This document shows positions 1 to 9,861 of a DNA stretch of 54,641 bases, one piece after another. Within the stretch, counting starts at the first letter, position 1. Every line of letters begins with the position of its first letter. The position numbers and the translations under genes are program-made. Location: positions 1 through 54,641 of the IMG/VR virus record IMGVR_UViG_3300007276_000061; one strand, 5' to 3'. The stretch is from a virus. Lineage: Duplodnaviria > Caudoviricetes. The notes under the pieces were generated by a model that was not told the DNA's origin, searched no databases, and saw only the letters and a list, made by a program, of their open reading frames with translations.

Positions 1-1165
1 GATTGAATGACTTACCCTGAAACTCTTCGAACTGCTTGATAACGTCATGCTTGTATAGAGCCTCTGTAGCTGCATCAATATCGGTTTGCATCATGCGCTG
101 CGCTTTTAGCAGTCTATCACGATCGAAGGGAACACCGTTATCCTGCATGCCGATAAGCATCGTACAGCCAGGAATTAGCAGATTATCATATACCCAGAGA
201 AGTTTCTTATTCTTATTAATTGCTGGTTTAAACTTGCAATAGATAAGGAAAGTCACAACGGAGTCTAGTGCGGCATAAGGATACATAACATCAAAAGGAA
301 TTACTTCCCAACTGAAGTCATCTTTTAGAACACCATGCTTCTTTCGGTATTCTTCAATAAACTCGTACAGGGGACCTTCATAGTCGCCATACATAGTATG
401 TTTTAGTGCAAGTTGCTTTAGTCCGTGATTACCGGGATTTTCATCCAGAAGATAATGCAGAAGCATAGTATCTTCATATCTAGGGAATACCCAGCCAAAG
501 TGATAAGCGAACATGCTTAAATCGAACTTTGCGTTATGGAAGATAACAATCTTTTTATCAAATAGCTCCTGGAACTTCTCTTCTATTTCAGGAGTAAAAC
601 AGTTGGTGTCAATATAGGCACCGTGATCACGTTCATAACACAAAGAAACCCCGAGAACGTAAGCATTTCTCGGGTAAAGTCCGGATGTTTCGGAGTCGAT
701 AGCTACGAAAGGATTCGGTGAATCAATTGCAGCTTGAATGTAGGCTAGAGCTTGATCCGAATCTTGAATACCATAGAACTTATCAGTACTATAGGTTACG
801 GGCTTCAAATCGCCTAGAATGTATTTTGTAATGCTATCTCTTGATTCTTGCCAAAGCTTTTCTGCTTCAGGCTTAAAGGATAACATGGCCGGGTTAATAA
901 TCGGTAGGAATTTCTCATCTACGACTTTACCACTATAGTCACTAATTGAGCCATTCTTAGTGAAGTATTTGAATGCATCAGAGCCTACTAGGATGATCCA
1001 ATCATAATCATCAACATTAATTTCAATGTCAACGTCTTTCTTTAGAACTTTCTTTAGAGAAGGATCGGAGGCTAAGGAGTATCTATCGAACTCAAACTTA
1101 TTCTCGAAGGCCTCTGTAAACTTGGTTCTGCTTGGTTTAGTCTCAACCAAAGCAACTTTAACCAT
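1..1165 (-). CDS. T5-type family A DNA polymerase, N-terminal part with 3'-5' exonuclease domain (runs off window)
   Basis: Not in ORF track. Own translation from ATG at 1165: MVKVALVETKPS...AIDSETSGL...FHNAKFD...EDTMLLHYLLDE...YAALDS (Exo I/II/III motifs); open to position 2. Confidence 0.9.
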   Translation of the reverse strand, partial: MVKVALVETKPSRTKFTEAFENKFEFDRYSLASDPSLKKVLKKDVDIEINVDDYDWIILVGSDAFKYFTKNGSISDYSGKVVDEKFLPIINPAMLSFKPEAEKLWQESRDSITKYILGDLKPVTYSTDKFYGIQDSDQALAYIQAAIDSPNPFVAIDSETSGLYPRNAYVLGVSLCYERDHGAYIDTNCFTPEIEEKFQELFDKKIVIFHNAKFDLSMFAYHFGWVFPRYEDTMLLHYLLDENPGNHGLKQLALKHTMYGDYEGPLYEFIEEYRKKHGVLKDDFSWEVIPFDVMYPYAALDSVVTFLIYCKFKPAINKNKKLLWVYDNLLIPGCTMLIGMQDNGVPFDRDRLLKAQRMMQTDIDAATEALYKHDVIKQFEEFQGKSFN

Positions 1166-2015
1166 ATAATTTCTCCTTTAACTTGATCACTTGTAAGGCT
1201 GTCAATTCACCTGGGTCTTTGTCTCTGAATGTGATTATTCGTACGTCGAATTCTAGGCGTTCACATAAATCTTTTAAACTTGCTGCGGCACTCTGTCCCG
1301 CATCATCATTATCAAAGAAAATATCAATACCAACGACACCCTGTAATTTTAATAGGTTTAGCTTATTTTCAGCATCAGTTCGATCTTTAGCAAGTAGTTT
1401 TGTTACTCCAAATGTACAAACAGAATTCTTTAGTCCTTTATCATATAAGTTAAGCATATCAAAGATACCTTCAACTAGAATGATTCGACCACTATAAACT
1501 TCTGGTCGTGCAGGAAATAGCGGAAGCTTAGCACCTGCAGGATGAATAATGTACTTTGGATTATGATTCATGGTCATATGTCGACCATTAAATCCAGCAA
1601 TCTTGCCTGAGATAGTTCTAATAGGGAATACTACACGGCCGACGAAGTGTTTATCACTGTGTTGAAATGCCTCGAAATGCTTGTATGTTTCTGACGAAAT
1701 ATTACGCCAATCGCCTGTGTAAGGCACCGCATTTTCAGGTATATCAAAGCCAATGTTTTCACTAAACTTCTGATGGATTTTTGTTTGAAATGCCTTTCTC
1801 TTAGCCTGTAGAAAGTTTACTTTCTCACCGAAGTGATAGAATATGTTTCCACTAAACCCACATGAGAGACAGTTAAAAATACCGCTAATGCGATCAACCC
1901 TCAAACTAGGGTTCCTGTCCTCATGATCCGGGTTGAGGCACCGAATTTCGCAGTCCCCGCCTTTAGGCATATATGGAATATTCTTCTTGGTTAGTAGCTC
2001 TTCAACTGTTACCAT
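1158..2015 (-). CDS. DNA primase (CHC2 zinc finger + TOPRIM)
   Basis: CLNPDHEDRNPS...FNCLSCG zinc finger; LVEGIFD and FFDNDDAG TOPRIM motifs. Confidence 0.92.
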   Translation of the reverse strand: MVTVEELLTKKNIPYMPKGGDCEIRCLNPDHEDRNPSLRVDRISGIFNCLSCGFSGNIFYHFGEKVNFLQAKRKAFQTKIHQKFSENIGFDIPENAVPYTGDWRNISSETYKHFEAFQHSDKHFVGRVVFPIRTISGKIAGFNGRHMTMNHNPKYIIHPAGAKLPLFPARPEVYSGRIILVEGIFDMLNLYDKGLKNSVCTFGVTKLLAKDRTDAENKLNLLKLQGVVGIDIFFDNDDAGQSAAASLKDLCERLEFDVRIITFRDKDPGELTALQVIKLKEKLYG

Positions 2016-3412
2016 GGTGGAGTCATATTATCCATAATAGGGGTGTCATCATCGTAGATTTCAGGATTTACTTTCTTTTTACCGTTAGTAAAACCCTTAC
2101 CTCTCTTAGGAGCATCCTCTTCTTCCTTTTCAGGAATTTGACCATTTTCAGGACCAATTTGAAGATTATCCCAGTTCATAACTGAAACGAATGTAATCTC
2201 ATCATCAGCGTTACGCATCTTAGTTACGGTGAACTCGATGCAATCATCGTGCGCAGTTAGAGTAATAGCAGCATCAGCAGAGTCTAGAATACCTTTAGCG
2301 AAGCGAGCTTCATTTGTAGCATCTGTCTGATAAGGAGAGAATACTGGTATTTCGTAGTCTTGTGCAAGCTGCTTCAAACCTTTAGAAATCTCGATTTGAG
2401 TAATCCAGTCGTACATGCCGCCTGAACCATTAGGCCCTTCGACTTGGTTAATATAGTCGACAATAATTAGACCGATCTCAATACCTTGAGCAGTCAGTCT
2501 ATTAATGTGAGCCTTCATCTTAGCAATAGTTAAGTGTGGGTCGTACTTAATATCTAATGCTGGATACTTTAGGTCTTCCTTACTAAGTGCAGTATGGAAA
2601 CGCTCAAAATCGTGGTGTTCTTTATACGTTTGAAAATGTAGATCGCCATTGTGGTAGCGAGAAGCCCAGAACTTCGCTAGAACTTCCCATTCGCTTACAC
2701 TAAGATTTCTGTTACGAATCTTGTTGTATGGAATACCTGTCGCTACAGCAGCATAACGCTGCATGGTTTGACGAGCATCCATTTCGATTGAGAAGTAGAC
2801 AGCAGTCTTACCAGCCGTTACCGCCGCATGAGCGAGATTAATACAGGTAAGAGACTTACCAGAACCTCTGCGGCCACCCATAAGGATATAATCATTAGCA
2901 AGGAATTGGTACTGCTTATCAAAGTCTGCGTTAAGGCCTAGCGTAATACGCTTAGCCATTTGTTCTTCGGATTCAAATAGATTCATCTTTTGCATGGATT
3001 GTTCTTCAGGTTCTATCTCAACCTTCTTCTCAATATCCATTGCAATGTCTTGTAGGCTTCGAACTACCTCTTCAGCAGATTCAAATGCGATAGTCTTATC
3101 GACCCATTTATCTAGTTTAAATAATGCTTCTTTCTGAGCGAACTCATTCTTTAGATACTCTAGGAGTAGGAATGGTTCGGCATCTGTTTCAATGCCTTCA
3201 AGTGCATAAACTTTATCTAACGTAGCAGCATCACGTACCGCCAGTTTGAGTTCACCAACAGACGGTAGCTTATGATACTTATTAACGTGCTTTTCAATAG
3301 TATCATACAACTGATGATACTCTGTAGGCAGATAAATCTTACGCACTCTCGACCAAGTATCAAAATCTACTAGATCGAGTACTTGTTTAATTAGTGCGCT
3401 TGATAAATTCAA
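2009..3412 (-). CDS. DnaB-like replicative helicase
   Basis: Walker A GGRRGSGKS, YFSIEM, IIVDYINQ, SPYQ; adjacent to primase. Confidence 0.9.
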   Translation of the reverse strand: MNLSSALIKQVLDLVDFDTWSRVRKIYLPTEYHQLYDTIEKHVNKYHKLPSVGELKLAVRDAATLDKVYALEGIETDAEPFLLLEYLKNEFAQKEALFKLDKWVDKTIAFESAEEVVRSLQDIAMDIEKKVEIEPEEQSMQKMNLFESEEQMAKRITLGLNADFDKQYQFLANDYILMGGRRGSGKSLTCINLAHAAVTAGKTAVYFSIEMDARQTMQRYAAVATGIPYNKIRNRNLSVSEWEVLAKFWASRYHNGDLHFQTYKEHHDFERFHTALSKEDLKYPALDIKYDPHLTIAKMKAHINRLTAQGIEIGLIIVDYINQVEGPNGSGGMYDWITQIEISKGLKQLAQDYEIPVFSPYQTDATNEARFAKGILDSADAAITLTAHDDCIEFTVTKMRNADDEITFVSVMNWDNLQIGPENGQIPEKEEEDAPKRGKGFTNGKKKVNPEIYDDDTPIMDNMTPPW

Positions 3413-3486
3413 CTGTTCCCTCCAACAGAACTAGCCGGGCAGAGATCGCCCCTACCCGGCCATAAATTCTAGAGAAGAATCAGTTC

Positions 3487-4212
3487 TTAGGCAGCTTGAG
3501 CCTTCTCAGCCTTTGCCTTACCGTCATAGTCCTTCGCCGAAACGCCACGACGTGTCAGCATTGTCTTAACACCACGAGGAGTCTTGTCCAGCTTAGTAGC
3601 GATTTCTTCAACCGTTAGGCCGCTGACGTCACCCAGAGCTTCGAAGGCGTCAGGAGCAGCGCCCTTAACGTCACGTTGAGCAGGCATCGCGTCGATCAGA
3701 CCAGCGCGCAGCAGGCTCAGAGCCTTACCACGAATCGAAGGAACTTCACGGCCTAGGTCGGCAGCGATATCCTCGAAGTACTTACCGGCCTTAACCAGCT
3801 CGATAATACGGGCTTCTTCAGCATCCGTATAGCTCTTTTGAGTTTCAGCCTTAGGAGTAGGAGCGATAGCATCGGTCAGTTCCATCGACAGGATCTTACC
3901 TTGAATTTGCTTAGCGCTGAACGAACCGCCGTTAAACTGTTCTGCAACCTGTGCATAAGTCAGATTACCGCGGTTATCTTCAACGAAGTCACGCAGGGCG
4001 TCTGCTTGCTCGTCATTGAAGGCCTTAGGAGCCGAAGAAGCAGTTTCAACTTCAACGCCCAGCTTGCGGAGTTTCGAAGCGACCGAACGAGGAGTTGTTT
4101 CCAGTTCAGTTGCAAGACGTGCCACAGTGTCACGGCTAACTGGCGATTCATTGCCAACCGAGCTTTGCAGAGTTGCGGTACGTTCGTCAGTCCATTTGGG
4201 TAGGGTAGTCAT
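3487..4212 (-). CDS. T5 D5-like DNA-binding protein (repeated HTH)
   Basis: Repeats TPRSVASKLRKLG / KTPRGVKTMLTRRG; position between ligase B and helicase as in T5. Confidence 0.75.
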   Translation of the reverse strand: MTTLPKWTDERTATLQSSVGNESPVSRDTVARLATELETTPRSVASKLRKLGVEVETASSAPKAFNDEQADALRDFVEDNRGNLTYAQVAEQFNGGSFSAKQIQGKILSMELTDAIAPTPKAETQKSYTDAEEARIIELVKAGKYFEDIAADLGREVPSIRGKALSLLRAGLIDAMPAQRDVKGAAPDAFEALGDVSGLTVEEIATKLDKTPRGVKTMLTRRGVSAKDYDGKAKAEKAQAA

Positions 4213-4965
4213 TTAGTTTAATTCTCCAATAAAGGTTTGTAGATTATCTACGATTGTTACGCCAGATGCTCTGGCTTTTAAGGTTTTATCGGTCTCACGA
4301 CCAGATTCGTTAACTAGAATAGTAACATCTTTTGTCAAACTATCCTTTACTTTGAACCCAAGTTCCACTAGGATTTTTGTAGCTTCTGCTTTAGTTTTGA
4401 AACTACTCAGTTTACCTGTAATGCAGATGGTTCCTCGATCACTAGAGGTGGACTTGGATTTTTCAAATTCGAAATTAAAGGGCAGATGCGAGTATTTATC
4501 AAAGTCGCTATCCAGCCACGCAATTAAGTTCGAAGTAGCTTTTTCTCCCAGACCGGCTTCCTTACATATATCTGCGTCAATATCAAAGATACTTTCGCAA
4601 ACTTTAGAAAGCTTATCCGATGCTGTTTTCCCGATTAGAGAAATACCAAAGGCTGGCAGCACTGTGTTAAGCGGTTCTTTTTCAGATTTTATGATTTCTT
4701 CAAACAGCTTTACAGCAATTTTTGCTGACCCTAGGCGGATGGTAATATAAGCAATATCAAGTTCATAGATTTCTTCTATTCTATTGATATCTAACTTCTC
4801 AATCGCAGCAGGACCCAATCCTTTAATCTTCAAAGTCTTAGCGAAATGTTCTATTCGCTTTTGACCTGTAGCTGTACAGTCTGGGCCTCTACAATAAAGA
4901 GTATCGTTTGACCACTCGAGAGGATAATCACAGCTTGGACAATTTGTCGGTGGTTTAATCATCAA
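4213..4965 (-). CDS. NAD-dependent DNA ligase, C-terminal subunit (Zn finger, HhH, BRCT)
   Basis: CPSC...C Zn finger, IKGLG HhH, ICITGKL...LVNESG BRCT. Confidence 0.88.
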   Translation of the reverse strand: MMIKPPTNCPSCDYPLEWSNDTLYCRGPDCTATGQKRIEHFAKTLKIKGLGPAAIEKLDINRIEEIYELDIAYITIRLGSAKIAVKLFEEIIKSEKEPLNTVLPAFGISLIGKTASDKLSKVCESIFDIDADICKEAGLGEKATSNLIAWLDSDFDKYSHLPFNFEFEKSKSTSSDRGTICITGKLSSFKTKAEATKILVELGFKVKDSLTKDVTILVNESGRETDKTLKARASGVTIVDNLQTFIGELN

Positions 4966-5057
4966 TCTCTCGTGTCATTCAATATAAACATAATAGCCGG
5001 TTTTAGGGTCTGAGTCAAGAACCATTTTTTGGAAGGTCTGACCAAATGATCAATGAG

Positions 5058-5426
5058 TTAAATAGATTTAGGCAGCTCGGCCAATATATCATTTAACTTT
5101 TCAATTTGGAAGAGTTCAGTATGTCCACCAAAACGCCATGGAGACTTATATTTGTAATCTGAAAAACTCTCGTGCATCCATTGCTCTAGATGATATATAT
5201 CTTCTAGCGGACCAGGGACTACTTTCTGAATACGTATTTCATATCCAGTGAATCCTGCCGAACGTTTGATTACATCCTTCCAGTTCTTGCCTTTGGCTAT
5301 ACCAACTTTAACGCAGACTCTCTTCTGCGTTTTCTTCTCCACTAACACCACACAATAGAGGACCGCTGGCTTCTGGGTCTCCTCCGGGTTGTTCTTGAAA
5401 TACGTCTCGTTGTAAAGTCCAGGCAT
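5058..5426 (-). CDS. Stand-alone T5orf172/GIY-YIG-like domain protein
   Basis: PAVLY...KVGIA...LEQ..H...GHTELF pattern matches C-termini of the three Zn-ribbon endonucleases in this window. Confidence 0.5.
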   Translation of the reverse strand: MPGLYNETYFKNNPEETQKPAVLYCVVLVEKKTQKRVCVKVGIAKGKNWKDVIKRSAGFTGYEIRIQKVVPGPLEDIYHLEQWMHESFSDYKYKSPWRFGGHTELFQIEKLNDILAELPKSI

Positions 5427-5694
5427 ATGTAATAATTTCCTTAGGACCTACGTATCTTCCTAGTGGTTGGCCTAAAGCCAATGGAGCGTGAATAGGGTCA
5501 TTAACAACACCATCTTCAGCTACTAGCATAGTAGGTACGCCGAATACGCTCCATTCATCTGCTAATTGTTTACCATTAGGGTGTTCATCTACTACTACGG
5601 TTGAGTAATCGAGTCCTAACTTTTCTAATTCTGCTTTAACTGGAATACAGTTAGGGCAGCGGCTGGTCGTGAATAAAACTAGACTTTTAGGCAT
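5308..5694 (-). CDS. Glutaredoxin/thioredoxin-like protein
   Basis: CPNC active site and GVPT motif; start moved to MPKSLV; C-terminal tail overlaps next gene by 119 nt. Confidence 0.75.
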   Translation of the reverse strand: MPKSLVLFTTSRCPNCIPVKAELEKLGLDYSTVVVDEHPNGKQLADEWSVFGVPTMLVAEDGVVNDPIHAPLALGQPLGRYVGPKEIITYAWTLQRDVFQEQPGGDPEASGPLLCGVSGEENAEESLR

Positions 5695-5822
5695 TCCAGT
5701 TGTATTGCACTCCATAGGGGCCAACTACAAGGTTTACCGCTTTATACCTAAAGCTAATGCCGAAGCTAAGCACCCATGTTTGATAGTCAGCCCAATATTC
5801 AAATTTCTCTTGGGGCATCATT

Positions 5823-6686
5823 CTACTCTCCTAATACTGGCTTATTTATATAAACCGTAAATGTCTCAGTGTTACCAGATTTTAGCAACCCTGTATTCCG
5901 TGAAAATATACTATGTTCTTTTAATAATTTTTGTTCCATCTCTTTTGCCTCATAGCCTTTAGTAAAGTGTATTGACCATAGCTCTCTCATAGAGTACTTT
6001 AGCCAATCTCCCTTAAATCTAATCCTTAAGTCAGTTGATGTAATACCAAGTTTATAATACATGATCTCATCATGTATAAATGACACAAAATATAATACTG
6101 CTGCTTTGGTTGGGTTAAACCCATATTTTGCACATTTAGGGCACCCTCTTCCATTATACAGTTTAGAAGGAGATACTTTCCATATATTAGCACATTTCAA
6201 ACAACTATGATTTATAGGAGTATCTGTATTAATATATGATTCTAGCGGCTTGTATTGTAAATTAAGAGTTCTTAGTTTCTCTAAATAATTTTCATTACTT
6301 AATTTTTTAGATCCTCCGCACATGCTACACCGCTGCCCAGAGATAACTTTACTAGGACTAGCCATCCATTCTGTTTTGCAGCCTGAACATAAATGTTTAA
6401 TTTTGGTATTAATACCTTTGTAAGGCTCTAAAACTATATGCTTTATATTTAAGTATTCTAACTTTTCTCTATAAGACTCAGTAGTATAGGGCTTACATTT
6501 AGAACATTCAGGGCACCCCGTTCTTTTAGTGACTATTGAACTTGGTCTTACTTTCCAAATGTGCCCGTTAATACACTCATGTAAAATAGGCACATCTTTT
6601 CCGGTATAAGGTTCTAATGGTACAAAATCTATTTCATTTTCAAATAGTTGTAGCTCATATTCTTCATGGGTTTTCTTTTTCGTCAT
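5823..6686 (-). CDS. Putative homing endonuclease (Zn-ribbon repeats + GIY-YIG/T5orf172-like domain)
   Basis: Three H.C...W...P.....G..CxxC repeats, then GFNPTKAAVLY...YYKLGIT; AT-rich. Confidence 0.7.
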   Translation of the reverse strand: MTKKKTHEEYELQLFENEIDFVPLEPYTGKDVPILHECINGHIWKVRPSSIVTKRTGCPECSKCKPYTTESYREKLEYLNIKHIVLEPYKGINTKIKHLCSGCKTEWMASPSKVISGQRCSMCGGSKKLSNENYLEKLRTLNLQYKPLESYINTDTPINHSCLKCANIWKVSPSKLYNGRGCPKCAKYGFNPTKAAVLYFVSFIHDEIMYYKLGITSTDLRIRFKGDWLKYSMRELWSIHFTKGYEAKEMEQKLLKEHSIFSRNTGLLKSGNTETFTVYINKPVLGE

Positions 6687-7632
6687 CGAGCACTCGGCGT
6701 ACAATTCTAGGAATTATCTCCCCACTTCTAATAACCTCGACTTTGCAACCCACTTCTAAGTTAAGGTCACAAATATATTTATAGTTATGAAGTGTAGCCC
6801 TTTTAATTGTAGCTTCTCCAATTAATATTGGTTCTAAAATTCCTACAGGAGCAATTATTCCGGACCTAGATACTTGCCAGACCACGTCTTTGAGAACTGT
6901 AACAACGCCTTCCTGTCGCTCTTTGAGAGCATACGCTCCACGCGGATGTTTAGATGTATATCCTGCGGCTTCAAATGCTGCGTTGTCATTGAGACGAAAT
7001 ACCTTACCATCAGTTGGGAATTCTTTAGTAACCCAGCCTTGCTTAAGTTGAAATCCATAAGAACTAATATCAAAGAAACTCTGTGTTTCTAACCATCCCA
7101 TTTCTTCTAGCCAGGTCTTTTTAATCATAGGCTGAACGCCATAAGCAATAAAGGTCAAATCTCTTGATTTAACTTCTTCAATGTCTTTTAGATTTAAAGC
7201 ACCAGCTGCGTAGTTACGAGCATTTGGAATCGTTTTCGGAGCGACTACTTCACCAGTAATTTGTACTAGTTCAGTTCGGTCAATAGTTTCGGGAACAAGA
7301 TGTCTTACTTTTTCAGTAATATCTTGTCCACGCTTACCATCACCGCGTGTTAGTCCTAAAACATATCGCCCGTTAATATAAGTTACTGCAACAGCAGCAC
7401 CATCCAATTTAGGAGTTTCTTCAACATCACCATTTAGAATAACAGGCTTTTCGCCTACATAACACTTTTGGAGTGAATACATAGAAAAAGCGTGTGGAAC
7501 TCCATCTCTAACAGACGGAGTGCCCACACGCTCATAGTTGTGTGCTTCCGCTAGTTTATCGAACTCGTCATCCGAAATAATCGGTTGACCGGCATAATAC
7601 CGCTGGCTCGCATAATCTAGGAAAGCAATCAT
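6664..7632 (-). CDS. ligA: NAD-dependent DNA ligase, adenylation + OB subunit
   Basis: KLDG adenylation motif, TRGDG, GEV, RNYAAG, ATLHN, RSGEIIP. Confidence 0.92.
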   Translation of the reverse strand: MIAFLDYASQRYYAGQPIISDDEFDKLAEAHNYERVGTPSVRDGVPHAFSMYSLQKCYVGEKPVILNGDVEETPKLDGAAVAVTYINGRYVLGLTRGDGKRGQDITEKVRHLVPETIDRTELVQITGEVVAPKTIPNARNYAAGALNLKDIEEVKSRDLTFIAYGVQPMIKKTWLEEMGWLETQSFFDISSYGFQLKQGWVTKEFPTDGKVFRLNDNAAFEAAGYTSKHPRGAYALKERQEGVVTVLKDVVWQVSRSGIIAPVGILEPILIGEATIKRATLHNYKYICDLNLEVGCKVEVIRSGEIIPRIVRRVLDDEKENP

Positions 7633-7913
7633 TTATATGTATCCTCTAGGAGTTCTTTGAAGTGTTCTTTAATGAGATCTTTACTTTCTGCTAGAGACAG
7701 AATCTCTAACATACCAGCGAAAAGTTCTCTTGAGTTGTCAAGCGATAGAGGCATTGAGACACCCTTATTGGATGGCAACCAGACCTCTTCAAAATCTAGA
7801 TAGTATTCTCTTAAGTGTAGGTATTCAACATCGCGAAACTCGTTAATGGTCAGACGAATCTGTTTGTCTGGAGTTTCGTGAATCACTCTCCAAAAAACGT
7901 CTTCATCGGCCAT
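7629..7913 (-). CDS. PC4/p15-like ssDNA-binding protein
   Basis: INEFRDVEYLHLREYY...WLPSNKGVSM pattern. Confidence 0.7.
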   Translation of the reverse strand: MADEDVFWRVIHETPDKQIRLTINEFRDVEYLHLREYYLDFEEVWLPSNKGVSMPLSLDNSRELFAGMLEILSLAESKDLIKEHFKELLEDTYK

Positions 7914-8178
7914 TAAACCCTTCCTTCAGAGTATTCGATAGAGGCACAACTGTTGTGACTTTCGAAGCTCTGATTAGACGGAAGGCATCGACGTCCCAGC
8001 AAAACATTAGCAAGGTATCGTCAGTTTCGTTAGCGCGATTCTGTTTAGTCTTAATATATTCATTGTCAAAGTCTAGCGTACATACGTTATACTTTAACTT
8101 ATTAGACTCTTGGCTTCTGTAGGTAATAGTGGCTTCGCCATACTGAGCTACAAGCTCTTTTAAGTCATCTTTTGTCAA
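7903..8178 (-). CDS. Small phage protein, possibly WYL_2/SH3-like
   Basis: CTLD...CWDVDAFRLI resembles 12624..12848. Confidence 0.5.
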   Translation of the reverse strand: MTKDDLKELVAQYGEATITYRSQESNKLKYNVCTLDFDNEYIKTKQNRANETDDTLLMFCWDVDAFRLIRASKVTTVVPLSNTLKEGFNGR

Positions 8179-8238
8179 GGGTTACTCCGGGCAGGTTGGC
8201 TTACCAGCTTACGGAGTGGGGCCGAAGCCCCACTTTCT

Positions 8239-8607
8239 TTACTTAGATGCTTCTTCAATGACAGTGGCCAGATAGACCGCTGCCTTACCCGTCAGCTTAG
8301 AAACAATTTCTGAATCTACGGTTCCGCCAGCGGCTTCAATAGCTGCCGTTAGCTTAGCGTGAGCGTCTTCCTTGCTAACGCGGGTGCTGCCACCTTCCTT
8401 CGCGGAAGTGGAAGTCTTCTTGGCCGAAGCAGCTGCTTCCTTCTTGACGTAAACGCCAGCTTTAGAAAGAATCATACGAACGCCATTGGCAGTTTCGCCC
8501 AGCTTCTCAGCAATTTCTTTTACGATTTCCATCGAGTTTTCTGGAGTCGGCGACGCCGCCTCATACATCTCAATGGCACTCGCTTTAGTTTCGTCAGTCC
8601 AAGCCAT
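8239..8607 (-). CDS. T5 D3-like DNA-binding protein
   Basis: WTDE...IAEKLGETANGVRMILSKAGVY HTH; RBS AGGAGAG; own promoter; T5 synteny. Confidence 0.65.
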   Translation of the reverse strand: MAWTDETKASAIEMYEAASPTPENSMEIVKEIAEKLGETANGVRMILSKAGVYVKKEAAASAKKTSTSAKEGGSTRVSKEDAHAKLTAAIEAAGGTVDSEIVSKLTGKAAVYLATVIEEASK

Positions 8608-8637
8608 GTTTAGCTCTCCTTAATTAATTGAATATGT

Positions 8638-8666
8638 AGTATAGATGATTATAGCTTGCAAGTCAA
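8638..8666 (-). promoter_or_regulatory. sigma70-type promoter, representative of about 30 near-consensus minus-strand promoters
   Basis: TTGACT-17-TATACT; similar sites with -35 near 5015, 8830, 13563, 13808, 18478, 19795, 20156, 21378, 21470, 22568, 27354, 28953, 30857, 34648, 35695, 38349, 40198, 43821, 47983, 49976, 51910. Confidence 0.8.
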
Positions 8667-8693
8667 GTGTTATTTTTTGATTGCTTTGATTAT

Positions 8694-8798
8694 TTAGATA
8701 AGCTGCATAGCCCATAGGCCAAAGGCCCAACCGAAAATCCAGATTAGACCAAAAGGCAAAGCAAAGTTCAGCCAAAAGTTCTTTTTCTGTTTTCTCAT
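8694..8798 (-). CDS. 34-aa membrane peptide, probably leaderless
   Basis: MRKQKKNFWLNFALPFGLIWIFGWAFGLWAMQLI; ATG 6 nt after TATAGT of a TTGACT-17 promoter. Confidence 0.5.
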   Translation of the reverse strand: MRKQKKNFWLNFALPFGLIWIFGWAFGLWAMQLI

Positions 8799-8893
8799 TC
8801 TAATACTATACCGCGTCTGAGGATCGAAGTCAACACTTGAGTTAGGTAACGCGTAAAATTATCGCTGAAATGCGATGGTCGGCGCATGACGTG

Positions 8894-8925
8894 AAAAAGC
8901 CTGCTGATCGTAACCAGCAGGCTTT
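8894..8925 (-). terminator. Intrinsic terminator ending the tRNA cluster transcript
   Basis: AAAGCCTGCTG/CAGCAGGCTTT stem followed by a T run on minus. Confidence 0.7.
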
Positions 8926-8946
8926 AAAAACATATAACCGTTTTGT

Positions 8947-9046
8947 GCACTGACATTATATGTCGCACCCTTACTCTTCTGCTTATCCCGCTCACGCGTG
9001 GTCCCACACGGGGAGAGACTTACTCTTTTTCAAGGGTTCCGAGTAA
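8947..9046 (-). ncRNA. Unidentified pseudoknotted RNA 3' of tRNA-Gly
   Basis: TTACTC/GAGTAA stem whose loop ACCCTTG can pair with downstream TAAGGGT; extra hairpins; no ORF. Confidence 0.4.
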
Positions 9047-9050
9047 ATAT

Positions 9051-9124
9051 TGGAGCTTCCTAGGAGAATCCAACTCCTTTCATTAGCTTGGAAGGCTAAG
9101 GCACACGCAATATACCAAGGAAGC
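9051..9124 (-). tRNA. tRNA-Gly(TCC)
   Basis: Cloverleaf, loop CTTCCAA, variant T loop TTGGATT, encoded CCA. Confidence 0.85.
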
Positions 9125-9748
9125 TTAGATGTATTTGAATTTATGTTTTAGATAAGATTTTCTGTGTCCTTGACAAACTCTACGTATACCTTGCTGAGTT
9201 TGTTCATTACTTACTATAGAAATATTATTATCTATTAAATATTGCGCGCATTCTATAGTGCTTTTAAAAACTATGTTATTGTTTAACAGAATAGAATTAC
9301 TTAATAATTTCTTAGCTTCAGCTTTATCAATAACTTCCAATTTATTAGATATTAATACTTTCTTTACAGTATCTTCAGAAATACGTAAATTCCTAGCTAT
9401 ATGCGCAACAATTTTTGTTTTTAAATACTCTTTTAAAATGGCTTGATCGTTTATATAGCGTCTACCATCTCCGCCTAAAGTAGCGTTATAACCATTCTTA
9501 TATGTATCGTACTCAGAGATAGCTTCAATTTCTTTTAGTTCTAAATCGCCTTCAGGATAAGAATCTAATAAGTATATTTTAAAATTATCGCTACCATGAA
9601 ACCTAATAGCTTTATGTAATGGCGATTCTGAACCATTTTTAGCTTTAGAAATATGAGCTTTAAATCTATTATCTAGAGTATCGTAAGTTTTGCCTATATA
9701 CTCTTTTCCGGTTAATAGATTAACTATGGTGTATAAATGACCTATCAT
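9125..9748 (-). CDS. GIY-YIG homing endonuclease
   Basis: GHLYTIVN...EYIGKT...RFKAH...E...GYN; stop abuts tRNA-Gly. Confidence 0.85.
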   Translation of the reverse strand: MIGHLYTIVNLLTGKEYIGKTYDTLDNRFKAHISKAKNGSESPLHKAIRFHGSDNFKIYLLDSYPEGDLELKEIEAISEYDTYKNGYNATLGGDGRRYINDQAILKEYLKTKIVAHIARNLRISEDTVKKVLISNKLEVIDKAEAKKLLSNSILLNNNIVFKSTIECAQYLIDNNISIVSNEQTQQGIRRVCQGHRKSYLKHKFKYI

Positions 9749-9752
9749 AATA

Positions 9753-9831
9753 GTTGAAACCGATTTTACCTACTTCACATTTCTCAGTCTAACGACAGAG
9801 CGCAACTTAATCGGTGGCGCTAGACTTCAAC
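9753..9831 (-). ncRNA. Unidentified pseudoknotted RNA or leader
   Basis: GTTGAA/TTCAAC outer stem, GTCTAGCG/CGTTAGAC inner stem, ACCGATT/AATCGGT pseudoknot. Confidence 0.45.
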
Positions 9832-9861
9832 GAACGATAGGCCGGGCGATCGGGACCGGTA

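Noticed and set aside
8947-9046. Pistol or HDV-like (theta) ribozyme 3' of tRNA-Gly
   Set aside because: Pseudoknot is present but helix order and conserved cores do not fit either class by eye
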